From NCBI GenBank assembly GCA_965287045.1, contig OZ336880.1:17236001-17300000 (forward strand): a stretch of DNA of 64,000 nucleotides, read 5' to 3'. The position numbers were made by a program, and so were the translations under genes. The notes below the pieces were generated by a model. It did not search any database. It was not told the origin of the DNA and saw only the letters and a program-made list of their open reading frames with translations. Origin of the DNA: Carcharhinus amblyrhynchos (lineage: Eukaryota). Of this stretch, positions 1 to 10,468 are shown one piece after another (position 1 is the stretch's first letter; each line of letters starts with the position of its first letter).

Positions 1-485
1 ACCAATAGGGTCAGTGTGTTAATGGAGACATTAACTCTGGAGGTCATTGTGTTAATGGGGACAGTAACTCTGGGGGTCAGTATGTTATGGGGACAATAAC
101 TGCAGGGGCCAGTGTGTTAATGGGGACAGTGACGCGATAGTTCAGTGTGTTAATGGCGACAGTAACTCTACGGATCTGTATGGTAACGGGAACAGTAACT
201 CTATGGGTCAGTGTGTGAATGAGGACAGTCTCTCTAGGGGTCAGTGTGTTAATAGCGATAGAAACCCAGTGGGTCAGTGTGTTAATGGTGACAGTTAGTC
301 TAGGGGACAGTGCGTAAATGGCAACAGTAACTTTAGGGGTCAGTGTTTTAATGGCAACAGTAACTCTTGGGCTCAGTGTATTAATGGGGACAGTAAGTCT
401 CGGGTTCAGTGTGTTAATGGAATCTGACACTAGGGGTCAGTGTTTTAATGGGGACCGTAGCTGTTGGGGTGTTTGTGTTCATGGC
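1..485. repeat. 33-bp minisatellite (~14 diverged copies, truncated by window start)
   Basis: Recurrent unit ~GGGTCAGTGTGTTAATGGGGACAGTAACTCT; the 77..430 ORF shows an 11-aa periodicity (33 bp). Confidence 0.9.
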
Positions 486-689
486 TTTGAGTGAGTGCTA
501 AGAGCTAGAGTGCCTTTTAATGTACTGGTAAAGGCACTTTGTACCTTTTTGCATTGAATCCTTTGTGTGATGACATTTGCATTAACAATTTTTGGAATTG
601 TTTGTGGATTTCCACAAAAGCTTCATACGGAAATGTATTACAGAGAAAAGCGTCAAGAGGTGAAGGGTAGAAATGACAACGTGTTGTTT

Positions 690-1025
690 TCCAGATTGTT
701 CTTGCTGTCACAGAATTCCTGATAATCAAATCAGTGTGTTTAACAGATATACGTGTAAATAAACACACGCGCGTACACACACACACACACACAATGAAAA
801 GGGAATTAAACAACCCTTCAATAAATCCTTCTAAAGTCTCCAAGTTGCAGGAATTACCATCAGACGTTGATTTCATTCTCTCTTTAAATTGAAATGCATT
901 TAATTACCGACGCTGATGACATTGAGAGAGAGTTGGCACGCAGGAATTAATTGTCCCGACAGTGTGAGCGAGTTCAATTATCACATTGAGTAATAAAAAA
1001 AACCTGGAAATCTGATATTAAATCA
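690..1025. promoter_or_regulatory. Candidate conserved non-coding element/enhancer (contains a (CA)n at ~763-793)
   Basis: No recognisable TE; dense TAAT/ATTA motifs (TTTAATTACC, GGAATTAATTGTC, TCAATTATCAC). Function is inferred, not shown. Confidence 0.4.
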
Positions 1026-1369
1026 GTAGTGCAATGGTGGGTCTGCATGTACCAAGAGGGGACTGTGTTTACATGGGATCCTCCTGGCAGGCTATCCTTT
1101 CTCTGACACTGATAGAAAATCACCCAATCACAAATGAAAAATTGTTTTCCTTCTGACAGATACTGCCAGATGGGCTGTATTTCTTTGATTTTTTTTGTTG
1201 CCTTTACTTCAATTCCCACATATGCAGCCGAGGCATCCAAGTTAACATTGTGACCTCAGCTGATCTAATCTATCGCATATTCCATGAGCTCTCCCTGTCT
1301 GCCAGTGAGGGACTGCACTAATGCGCAACAACTCCGTCCAGACAGTGTAACACTGCAGCTTTTATTTAT

Positions 1370-1770
1370 TCATTTTTAGGATGTGGGCAAGGTTAGTGTT
1401 GATTGTCCATTTCTAATTGCCCCGAGAAAGTGCTGGTAAGTAGATTTTCTGAACTGCTGCCATCCATTATAACCTTAAGGTGTTGATATTAATGCAACAT
1501 TAGTGCCACTGTTCCCCTCATTGCTAATGATGCAGATTCCGCCACCCTGGGTATATCACGGTTGTCCAATGGTACTGTGAGACACTGAGCATTTTTCATC
1601 AAGGCCAAACTTTGATGGTGAAAGTGACTTCTAGCTCAGGAGTTTCAAGATTTTTGACCCAGCTATAGTGAAAGATATAAGTTGAAATCATATGTGATTT
1701 GGAGGGGAAATTGGAGTGATGTTTCCATGCTCTTGCTGCCTCTGTCCTGCTAAGTGATGCAGGTCACAAA
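1370..1770 (-). mobile_element. Old LINE 3' remnant (same family as 12600-13160, 49390-49850, 53085-53270)
   Basis: Shared motifs such as GAGTT(T)CAAGATTTTTGACCCAGC and CCATTTCTAATTGCCC recur among these loci. Confidence 0.55.
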
Positions 1771-1790
1771 GTTTGGGCCGCACAGTGATT

Positions 1791-4186
1791 AACAAAGAAC
1801 AACCCAGCACGGGAAACAGGCCCTTCGGCCCTACGAGCCCGCGCCGCCGCATCACCCTACACCTATTCTACCCTGCATGTCTACGAATGGAACCCCTAAC
1901 TTAGCCAGATTCAGGGGAGAATAGTGTCAATTTGGTAAAACCAATCAGCCTAAGAGCACATCTTTGGGGTGTGGGAGGAAACCGGAGCGCCCGGAGGAAA
2001 CCCACGCAACCACAGGGAGAATGCACAAACTCCCACAGACACAGGCCCAAATCCATGTATCTGCACAGCTAGCAGTGCTAGTCACCGAGCTGTTGCGGCG
2101 CCCGTCTACCGGTCCAGGATCAAGCACACACACCGACACAAAGTACTAGGCCACTCCCGGAACTTCCAAGAGCAGCCCACGCACGACCCACCGTGTGCAT
2201 GCCCCTCGTTTGACACGAGGTGGACCTCCACCTGCGGAATAAAAAGACAAAAACGTTAATCTTACAAGCCTGCTTTTCCAGTGTCTCCCGAGATTCTAAC
2301 CTTATATAATAGCCCCTACCATAACCCTCCATCCTCGTTTCACTCATGTGTCTATCTAACTGAACCTTAAACGAGTCCAACGTTCCTGCCTCCACCACCC
2401 TACTCGGTAGCGTGTTCCATACCCCCACAACTCTCTGCGTAAATAACCTTCCTCTCACTTCCAAATTATACCTTTCCCCCCTCACCCTTAAATCATGACC
2501 TCTCGTGTTTGTACCCAGTCTAGGGAGCAGTCTCTCACTATTAACTCTATCTATTCCCTTCAGTATCTTATATACCTCTATCATGTCCCCCCTCAATCTC
2601 CGTCTTTCCAAGGAGAATAGTCCCAGTTTCTCCAACCTTTCCTCGTAACCCAGCCCCTCCATGCCAGGCAACATCCTGGTAAACCTCCTCTGCACCCTTT
2701 CCAGAGACTCCACGTCCTTCCGGTAGTAAGGTGACCAGAACTGGACGCAGTACTCCAAATGCAGTCTAACCAACGTTCTGTACAACTGAAGCATTAGACG
2801 GCAGCTTTTGTACTCTATACCCCTTCCTATAAAGGCTAACATTCCATATGCCTTCCTAACAACCTTCTCAACTTGTGACGCAACCTTCATGGATTTGTGA
2901 ACCTGCACTCCCAGGTCCCTCTGTATGTCTATACTCCTAATCTGTCTACCTTTTATCACATAGCTCCTCTCTGCATTATTCCTTCCAAAATGCATCACCT
3001 CGCACTTGTCAGGATTAAATTCCATCTGCCACCTATCTGCCCAATGCACCAACCTATCTATATCCTGTTGTATCACCTGACAATCCAGTTCAGTACCCGC
3101 CAACCCTGCCATCTTGGTGTCATCAGCAAACTTGCTGATCACACCACCTACGCTCTCTTCCAAGTCATTTATGTATACTACAAAGAGGAGAGGTCCCAGT
3201 ACTGAGCCCTGCGGCACACCACTGGTCACTGGCCTCCAGCCCGACAAGGTCCCCTCCACAACTACCCTCTGTCTCCTATTACCCAGCCAGTTCTCAATCC
3301 ACCTAGCTACCTGGCCTCGTATCCCATGCGCCTTAACCTTTTCTACCAGCCTACCATGAGGGACTTTGTCAAACGCCTTACTGAAATCCATATAGATGAC
3401 ATCAACGGCTCTCCCATCGTCAACCGTTTTTGTCACCTCCTCAAAGAATTCCACCAGATTCGTAAGGCAAGACCTCCCTCTAACAAAGCCATGTTGCGTA
3501 TCCCTAATCAGATCGCAACGCTCCAAATGCTCATACATCCTACCCCTAAGTATTTTTTCCATTAATTTCCCTACCACCGATGTCAAACTCACCAGTCTAT
3601 AATTTCCAGGGTTATCCCTACTACCTTTTTGAACAGCGGTACCACATTTGCTACCCTCCAGTCCTCTGGGACCTCACCTGTGTCCAAAGAAGAGACAAAG
3701 ATTTGCACCAGAGGCCCAGCAATTTCATCTTTCACCTCCCTAAGCAGCCTGGGATAAATACCATCAGGCCCCGGAGCTTTATCCGTCCTTACGCTACCTA
3801 AAAGCCCTAGCACTTCCTCCCTCGTAATAGATATCTCCTGCAACTGATCCTCAGCTCCCTTCAAGAGACCGCACGATTCCGAACCCCTCTCCTTCGTGAA
3901 TACCGACGCAAAGTATTCATTCAGGAGCTCCCCCATTCCCTCCGACTCAATACATAACTCTCAACTCTTGTCCCTAAGAGGACCAATTTACCCTCTAACT
4001 ACTCTCTTGCCTCTAATATAGGAATAAAATGCCTTTGGATTTTCCTTAATCCTACCAGCCAAAGCCATTTCATGCCCTCTCTTCGCCCTTCTAATTCCCC
4101 TTTTTAGCTCCCTCCTACTCTCTCTATATTCCTCCAGCGCCCTCTCCATACCCAGTCATTTCGACCTAACATACGCATCCCTCTTC
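1791..4186 (-). mobile_element. 5'-truncated CR1-clade LINE, copy 1 of the subfamily with an extended V-SINE-containing 3' UTR
   Basis: ORF2 reverse transcriptase with QHGF, DFSKAFDKVPH, GVPQGSVLGP, KFADD and HLEYCVQFWSP motifs; frameshift near 3625; 3' tail GTTCTTTGTT; paralogous to 54955-58130. Confidence 0.95.
2120..3936 (-). pseudogene. CR1 ORF2 (RT domain), frameshifted, lacking the endonuclease domain
   Basis: ORFs 3589..3936 and 2120..3592 are consecutive parts of ORF2 in different frames (one T fewer than copy 2 in the CTACCTTTTT run). Confidence 0.9.
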
Positions 4187-4460
4187 ACAGTGTCAGGTAC
4201 CCAGGTTCAACTCCAGCCTTGAATGACTGTGTGCAGTTTGCTCGTTCTCCCTGTGTCAGCATGGGTTTCCTCCAGGTCCACCTGTTTCATCCCACAGCCC
4301 AAAGATGTGTCAGTTAGGTGGATTATCCATGATAAATGTGTGGGGCCATGGGGATAGGGTGAGGAAGAGGGCCTGGGTAAGATGCACTATCAGAGACTCA
4401 TTGCAGACCCAATGGGCTGAATGGCCTCCTTCTGCACTGTAGAGATTCAATGATTCTACA
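4185..4460 (+). mobile_element. HE1-like V-SINE (tRNA head, V domain, CR1-type tail); its first ~16 bp lie at 1775-1791, split off by the CR1
   Basis: GGGCCGCACAGTGATTA at 1775 continues as TCACAGTGTCAGGTACCCAGGTTCAA...GGGTTTCCTCC...AAAGATGTG...AATGGCCTCCTTCTGCACTGTAGAGATTC. Confidence 0.85.
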
Positions 4461-4609
4461 ATTTCCATGCTGTTTAGAGTCCACAACAGTTCAGTGATGA
4501 GGCCAGGTTTTGCTTAAAAGCTCTCGGTACATGTGACCTTATTTTACTTTCCATGGGAATATGAAGAATTTTTTCTTTTTAATTGCTAAGTGTCTCCAGA
4601 AGTGCTCAC

Positions 4610-5042
4610 CATGGCTCTGCTGAAAGCACTGTCAACTCTGAAATCAGCTGTTTGTAGGTTGTAATCCCACTCCAGTAACCCGAGCATAAAATCTAGCCTG
4701 ATTGCAGTACTGAGAGAGTGCAACATGTCTGTCAGAAGTGCCAGATGTTGAACCAACATCCATTCCACCCTCTTAGGTGCATGCAAAAGATCTCATGACA
4801 CTACTTCTAAGAGGAGCAGTATGGTTCTTTTGGGGATCTGGCCAATATTTATCCTTCAATTGGGAACACCGCATCCCACAGAAAAAAACAGGATCTGGTC
4901 GTTATGAGCATTATTGTTTGTGGGATCCTGCTATGCACAAACTGGCTGCCACATTTCCTACATTATAACTGCACTTCTACTTATAACTGCTGTAAAGCAA
5001 TTTAGGATGCATAAGATGCTATAGAAATGCAAGTTTCTTTCC
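4610..5042 (+). mobile_element. Deu-domain SINE (SacSINE1/AmnSINE-like)
   Basis: tRNA-like head, CAGTACTGAG, AAAAGATCTCATGACACTA, GGCCAATATTTATCC, TGTTTGTGGGATC, tail GCTATAGAAATGCAAG. Confidence 0.75.
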
Positions 5043-5739
5043 TCAGAGAAGTTGGAACTCATGAGCGGACAAGAAGTGTTGGTGTGACTGCTAAGCCCAG
5101 AATTTCCCCATGCTGGTAATGTTTTGAAAACACAATAATGATCTGGTGTTGTGATGACTGGGTCTACACACTCCTGCCACAGAATGGTGACGTGTGGACG
5201 CCATCCTTGGTGCAGCGGGGGTAGGGGGATAGCAGGAAGACATGGCAAGGTGAAACGAATGAGGAAGAATCAGGGTTCAGTTCCCTACTGCTTTGGGGAT
5301 TATATTCACACGTGCTGTATCTGATAACCAATGTGGTATGACGTGAACAACAGCTTGCATTTACATAGTACCTTTAATGTAGTTAAACCCCACCCATGTG
5401 GAGTGTGACCAGACAAAATATGATACTGAACCACCCCAAGCAATATTCAGCCTGCTGACACCAAGCATGGTGTAACAAAAAAAAGAGAGCGGAAGAAGGA
5501 GAGAATTCCCGAGCATCAGGCAGCTGAAGGCAAAATTGTCAACTGTGGAACAATGCAAATAACCAATGGACAGGAGGCCTGAATTGGAGGGGCGAGCTCT
5601 CGGAGGATTACAAAGCTGAATGGCGTTAGAAATACAGGGAGAGATGGAAATTTGAATGTCGGCACCTTATACACAGACACGTTGGGATTAAAATAATGGT
5701 GGGGTGCAGATTTTAAAAATGAGCACCTCTTCCTTCAGC

Positions 5740-6850
5740 AGCATTTGTAAGGTTCATCTCTGAAGGATGAGTCAGTCACAGCATAATTTCTATATTTAAA
5801 TGGGTGTGTTTTTGGTGAGGAAGGAGGGCTGCTGACCCTCTGCAGTTGGCTGACCAGCACCTGATCTGTATTTGGATGGCATCTGCTCCCCACATGTCAC
5901 TTCCCTCATTAACAGGCAATTGAATTAATTAAATGTCACTCAGAAACCTGCATAACAAGCTACTGGCAGTGTCCAAATTAGCACTGATAATCGGGGATGA
6001 TTTCCTTATTACGATGTTAAGTAGAGAGCAACCTCAGATCTTTATTCTCCTGTTCTTCCTGTTACGCTTCCCCCACCCCCGCCCCCACCCCACCATCTTC
6101 CTCCCCCACTCTTTGTTTTTCTCCTTCTCTGTATTTCCGTAGCCCTGGGTTTGTATGGAAAACAGAGGTTATTTTACCTATTTAATTTTCCTTGAGCAGA
6201 GAGCATGGCGAATTGGTACGTCGCACAGGCATAGCGCTCGCTACTGCTGAGGCCCTTTTGTATCCCGAGCCTGCTGATAAANNNNNNNNNNNNNNNNNNN
6301 NNNNNNNNNNNNNNNNNNNNNNNNNNNNNNNNNNNNNNNNNNNNNNNNNNNNNNNNNNNNNNNNNNNNNNNNNNNNNNNNNNNNNNNNNNNNNNNNNNNN
6401 NNNNNNNNNNNNNNNNNNNNNNNNNNNNNTGTCAAGGTCCAGCTTCGGCTCTTCTTTCAATTAAGTTCTCCCAGGCTTAATGGTATGAATAAACTCCTCC
6501 AATTTTATCATTCCCGCACTTGGATATTTAAGCTAGTAAGGCTTGACTTTATTTTTTAATCAACCCTCTTCTACTTGAGTGATCAGAGTAACGACAATTA
6601 TTATGGGGCAATTTCACCTTTTTTTCCCCTGCTAATGCTTGGAGGGGGAATTATCCTGACCATTGCAGCTTGCTATCCAGCTCTGCAATCACTTGTCTCT
6701 CTCTGTATTAATTATCACATGAACATTACTGTTTTTTCATTTGACAGATTTAATTAGTTGGCATGAGCACACAAAAATGACAGCGCCCCTAATTGTGACT
6801 CACCATAAATTACCATCATCACTTGTCAGTGGGCATGGCCCAGTCTGCGG
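5740..6850. promoter_or_regulatory. Candidate conserved non-coding element cluster
   Basis: TE-free; motifs GAATTAATTAAATGTCA, TTGACAGATTTAATTAG, CCTAATTGTGACTCACCATAAATTAC, CCTTTTGT. Confidence 0.45.
6282..6429. other. Run of 148 N (assembly gap or masked sequence)
   Basis: Directly visible. Confidence 0.99.
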
Positions 6851-6959
6851 AATTTGTTGGTGTTTTCCATCTTGGATTTTTGCCTGCTTTCTGTGGTATC
6901 TATTGCACTCTCTGCCGTGCATGGAGCCTTTTCAGGAGTAGAATATTCATGAGTGTGGG

Positions 6960-7760
6960 GAAACGACACACATTTATATGGTGCCTTTTTTGACCTCAGG
7001 ATGTTTCAAAGCACTTTACAGGCAAATAAATATTTTCCTTTTTTGAGTGCAGCCGTTGGGCAGGTCAGCCAATTTATGCACAGCAAGCTCCAATAACAAC
7101 CAGACCATCTGCTTTTTCATTTGTTGGTGCTGGTTGAGAATAAATATTAGCCAGGATAACCACGGAGACCTTCCCTCTTCATATAGGATGGGATCTTTTA
7201 CATTCGGAAAAAGGGCAACTTGTATTTATAAAGCATATCCCTTGACCTCGGGACATCCCAAACTATTTACTGCCCATGAAATACTTTGAAGTGTAGTCAC
7301 TGTTGTCATATGGGAAACATGGCAGCCAATTTGCACAAAGCAATGTGCTATGATGAGATGATTATAGAGTCATAGAATCCCTACAGTGCAGAAGGAGGCC
7401 ATTTGGCCCATTGAGCATGCACCAACAACAATCATACCCAGGCCCTATCCCCATAACCTCATGTATTTACCCTGCTAGTACCCCTGACACAAAGCATGGC
7501 CAATCCACCTAATCCACACATCTTAGGACTGGTTCTGATTGATCTTTGGCATATTGATTCAGGGATAAATTTTGGCCAGGATAACTCCCCCACATGCATG
7601 TGAACAGGCTCACAGAGCCTTGGCTTAAAAGCCAGCACCTTCCACAGCACAGCAGTCCCACGGCACAGCACTTGAGTATCATCCACAATTTCATGCCTCC
7701 AGTGTCAGATTTGGACCCAGAACCTCCTGACTCGAGGTGCTACTGCTGAGCCGCAGCTGA
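6960..7760 (-). mobile_element. Cluster of Deu-SINE fragments with a nested HE1 V-SINE 3' part (~7368-7530)
   Basis: CATTTATAT..GCCTTT tails, GGCAGCCAATTTGCAC, ATAAATATTAGCCAGGA; nested CATAGAATCCCTACAGTGCAGAAGGAGGCCATT. Confidence 0.75.
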
Positions 7761-8209
7761 TGCCTGATTCACTTCGAGGCTGCTTTTGGAAGAATACCCT
7801 TTTAGTGAAAATTAATAAGTTTACAAATGTGTAAAGGTGACTGAGTGGAGTTGATCCTTTTTATGAGTAAGGTGCTTCCAGGGTGGAGTGGTTAACCCGT
7901 TTCTTTCAGTGCAGGCTCCGCAACTTATAATCATACAAGTTTTATAAAGAAACAGTAATAAGACACCAGTACTGATAAATCATATGGACAGAGAATAAAT
8001 CCTGCTGCTCAATGTGCCACTGCTATGCCCCTGCATTGCAATGTTGGGAATTTTAAACCTGTCAAGAAGTACAAGTTTTGGAGTGTTTCCGTTATTGGAT
8101 GTTTTTAACAATAGTTATAGCTGTAATCAAAAATTTGTTCTGAACTCATGTTAACCCTTGCTGCTATAGTGAAAGCTCCCAGCTTCTCTAAGCCCACCTC
8201 ATAATGCTA

Positions 8210-8350
8210 CGTTAATATTTCAGGACAATGACCTTTCATCAATCTGAATCATTAACTCTGCTCCTCTCTCCACAGATACTGCCCAAATTGCTGAGTATTT
8301 CCAGCATTTTCTGCTTTTACTTCAGATCTCCATTCATAGTATTTTTGCTT
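8210..8350. mobile_element. Short Penelope-terminus-like repeat (related copies ~1145-1200, 17575-17715, 25280-25360, 26120-26195, 43180-43300, 47495-47540)
   Basis: Shared motif CTCTCTCCACAGATGCTG..AGACCTGCTGAG.ATTTCCAGCATTTTCTG; several copies retain a degenerate CTGATGA..GGTCA..GAAA hammerhead-like core. Confidence 0.55.
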
Positions 8351-8477
8351 TTGTAACAACTTTTATTCAAATTTATAGTACAGTTGCCTCTTCCCCATCA
8401 AGAACATAATGTTAGGATGCAACCCAGTGCTTTTCATCTTGTATTAGAGTAGACCTAGGACTGAGGGGATTGAGATG

Positions 8478-10468
8478 ATGTGGAGATGCTGGCATTGGAC
8501 TGGGGTAAAAACAGAAAGAAGTCTTACAACACCAGCTTAAAGTCCACCAGGTTTATTTGTAGCAAAGGCCACAAGCTATCGGAACAGGCTGCCCCTTCGT
8601 CAGGTGGGTGGGAGTTCTGATCACAAACAGGGCACAAAGACACAAACTCAATTTACATGAATAATGATTGGAATGTGAGTCTTTACAGCTAACTCAGTCT
8701 TAAAGGTACAGACAATGTGAGTGGAGAGAGCATTAAGCACAGGTTAAAAGGATGTAAATTGTTTCCAGACAGGAAAGTTAGTGATACTTTGCAAGTCCAG
8801 GCAAGTTGTGGGGGTTACAGATATGTGACATGAACCCAAGATCCTGGTTGAGGCCATCCTCATGTGTGCGGAACTTGGCTATCAGTCTCTGCTCAGCAAC
8901 TCTGTGCTGTTGAGTGTCGTGAAGGCCGCCTTGGAGAACGCTTACCCAAAGATCAGAGGCCGAATGCCCGTGACCGCTGAAGTGTTTCCCAACAGGAAGA
9001 GAACAGTCTTGCCTGGTGATTGTCGAGCGGTGTTCATTCATCCGTTGTTGTAGCGTCTGCATGGTCTCCCCAATGTATCAAGTCTCAGGACATCCTTTCC
9101 TGCAGCATATCAGGTAGACAACGTTGGTTGAGTTGCAAGAGTATGTACCACGTACCTAGTGGATGGTGTTCTCACATGAGACGATAGCATCCGTGTCGAT
9201 GATCCAGCATGTCTTACAAGGGTTGCTGTGGCAGGGTTGTGTGGTGTTATGGTCACTGTTCTCCTGAAGGCTGGGTAGTTTGCTGCGGACAATGGTCTGT
9301 TTGAGGTTGTGCGGTTGTTAGAAGGCAAGAAGTGGGAGTGTGGGGATGGCCTTGACGAGATGTTTGTCTTCATCAATGATATGTTGAAGGCTCCGGAGAT
9401 GATGTTGTAGGCTCTCCGTTCCAGGGAAGTACTGGACGACGAAGGGTACTCTGTCCACCGTGTCCTGTGTCTGTCTTCTGAGGAGGTCGGTGCGGTTTTT
9501 GGCTGTGGAGCGTCAGAACTGTCGATCGACGAGTTGAGCGTCATATTGTGTTCTTGTGAGGACATCTTTCAGCATCTGGAGGTGTCTGTTGCGATCCTCC
9601 TCATCTGAGCAGATCCTGTTTATATGGAGGGCTTGTCCCTAGGGGATGGCTTCTTTAACATGTTTAGAATGGAAGCTGTAGAAGTGGAGCATCATGAGGT
9701 TATCCGTGGGCTTGCAGTACAGTAACCGATACCGGAGAGAAGTCCATGGTGAGTCTGATGGTGGGATGGAACTTGTTGATGTCATCATGTAGTTGTTTCA
9801 GTGATTGGAACAGTTGAACCAGGAGCACTCCTCGTCACAATGGATGTGTCGGCACTCTAGACAAGCATCCCCCACGACGATGGCATTGCTGCAACTGCCT
9901 CAGTACTCAACGCCGACAACTGCCAATTTCCAGATGCAATTTTACAACTCATCTGCTTTATCCTGAACCACAATATCTTCACCTGTATCTAGTGTATAGA
10001 AGCGGGTGAAGAAGTCTTGTTCAAACCTGTGCATGAAGATGTTGGCATATTGAGGTGCGAACTTGGTCCCTGTGTTCCATGTGTCTGGATGAAGAACTGG
10101 GTTGTTGAAGGTGAAGACATTGTGGTCCAGGATGAAGCAGATGAGTTGTAAAATTGCATCTGGAAACTGGCAGTTGTCGGCATTGAGTACTGAGGCAGTT
10201 GCAGCAATGCCATCGTCGTGGGGGATGCTGGTCTAGAGTGCTGAGACATCCATTGTGACAAACAGTGCTCCTGGTTCAACTGTCCCAACCACTGAAATAA
10301 CTATATGATGACATCAACAAGTTCTATCCCACCATCAGCCTCACCATGTACTACTGTCCAGAATCAGTTACATTCTTGGACACACACATTTCCATTAAGG
10401 ACGGTCACCTCAACACCTCACTGTACCACAAAGTCCACAGATAACCTGACAATGCTCCATTTCTACAG
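8478..10468 (-). mobile_element. Penelope-like retroelement (RT + GIY-YIG endonuclease remnants) with a rearranged, palindromic 5' part
   Basis: ORF 8778..9062 (LQQRMNEHRS...PVGKHFS..HS..DL.V.VL...R...EQRLI.KF.T...GLN.D) is a PLE GIY-YIG C-terminus; RT pieces VTMDVSAL*TSIPH and FAPQYANIFM; terminal repeat with AATAAA and a hammerhead-like core at ~8565-8610. Confidence 0.85.

Noticed and set aside
1945-2149. Small ORFs (64 and 61 aa) duplicated at 55115-55319
   Set aside because: Non-ATG starts and SINE-derived sequence; their identity is explained by nucleotide-level conservation of the UTR module.
2120-2305. C-terminal extension of the 490-aa CR1 ORF2 as a novel domain
   Set aside because: Copy 2 has TAA at the homologous position (TAT-TAA vs TAT-TAT) and an indel downstream, so this is most likely chance read-through into the UTR.
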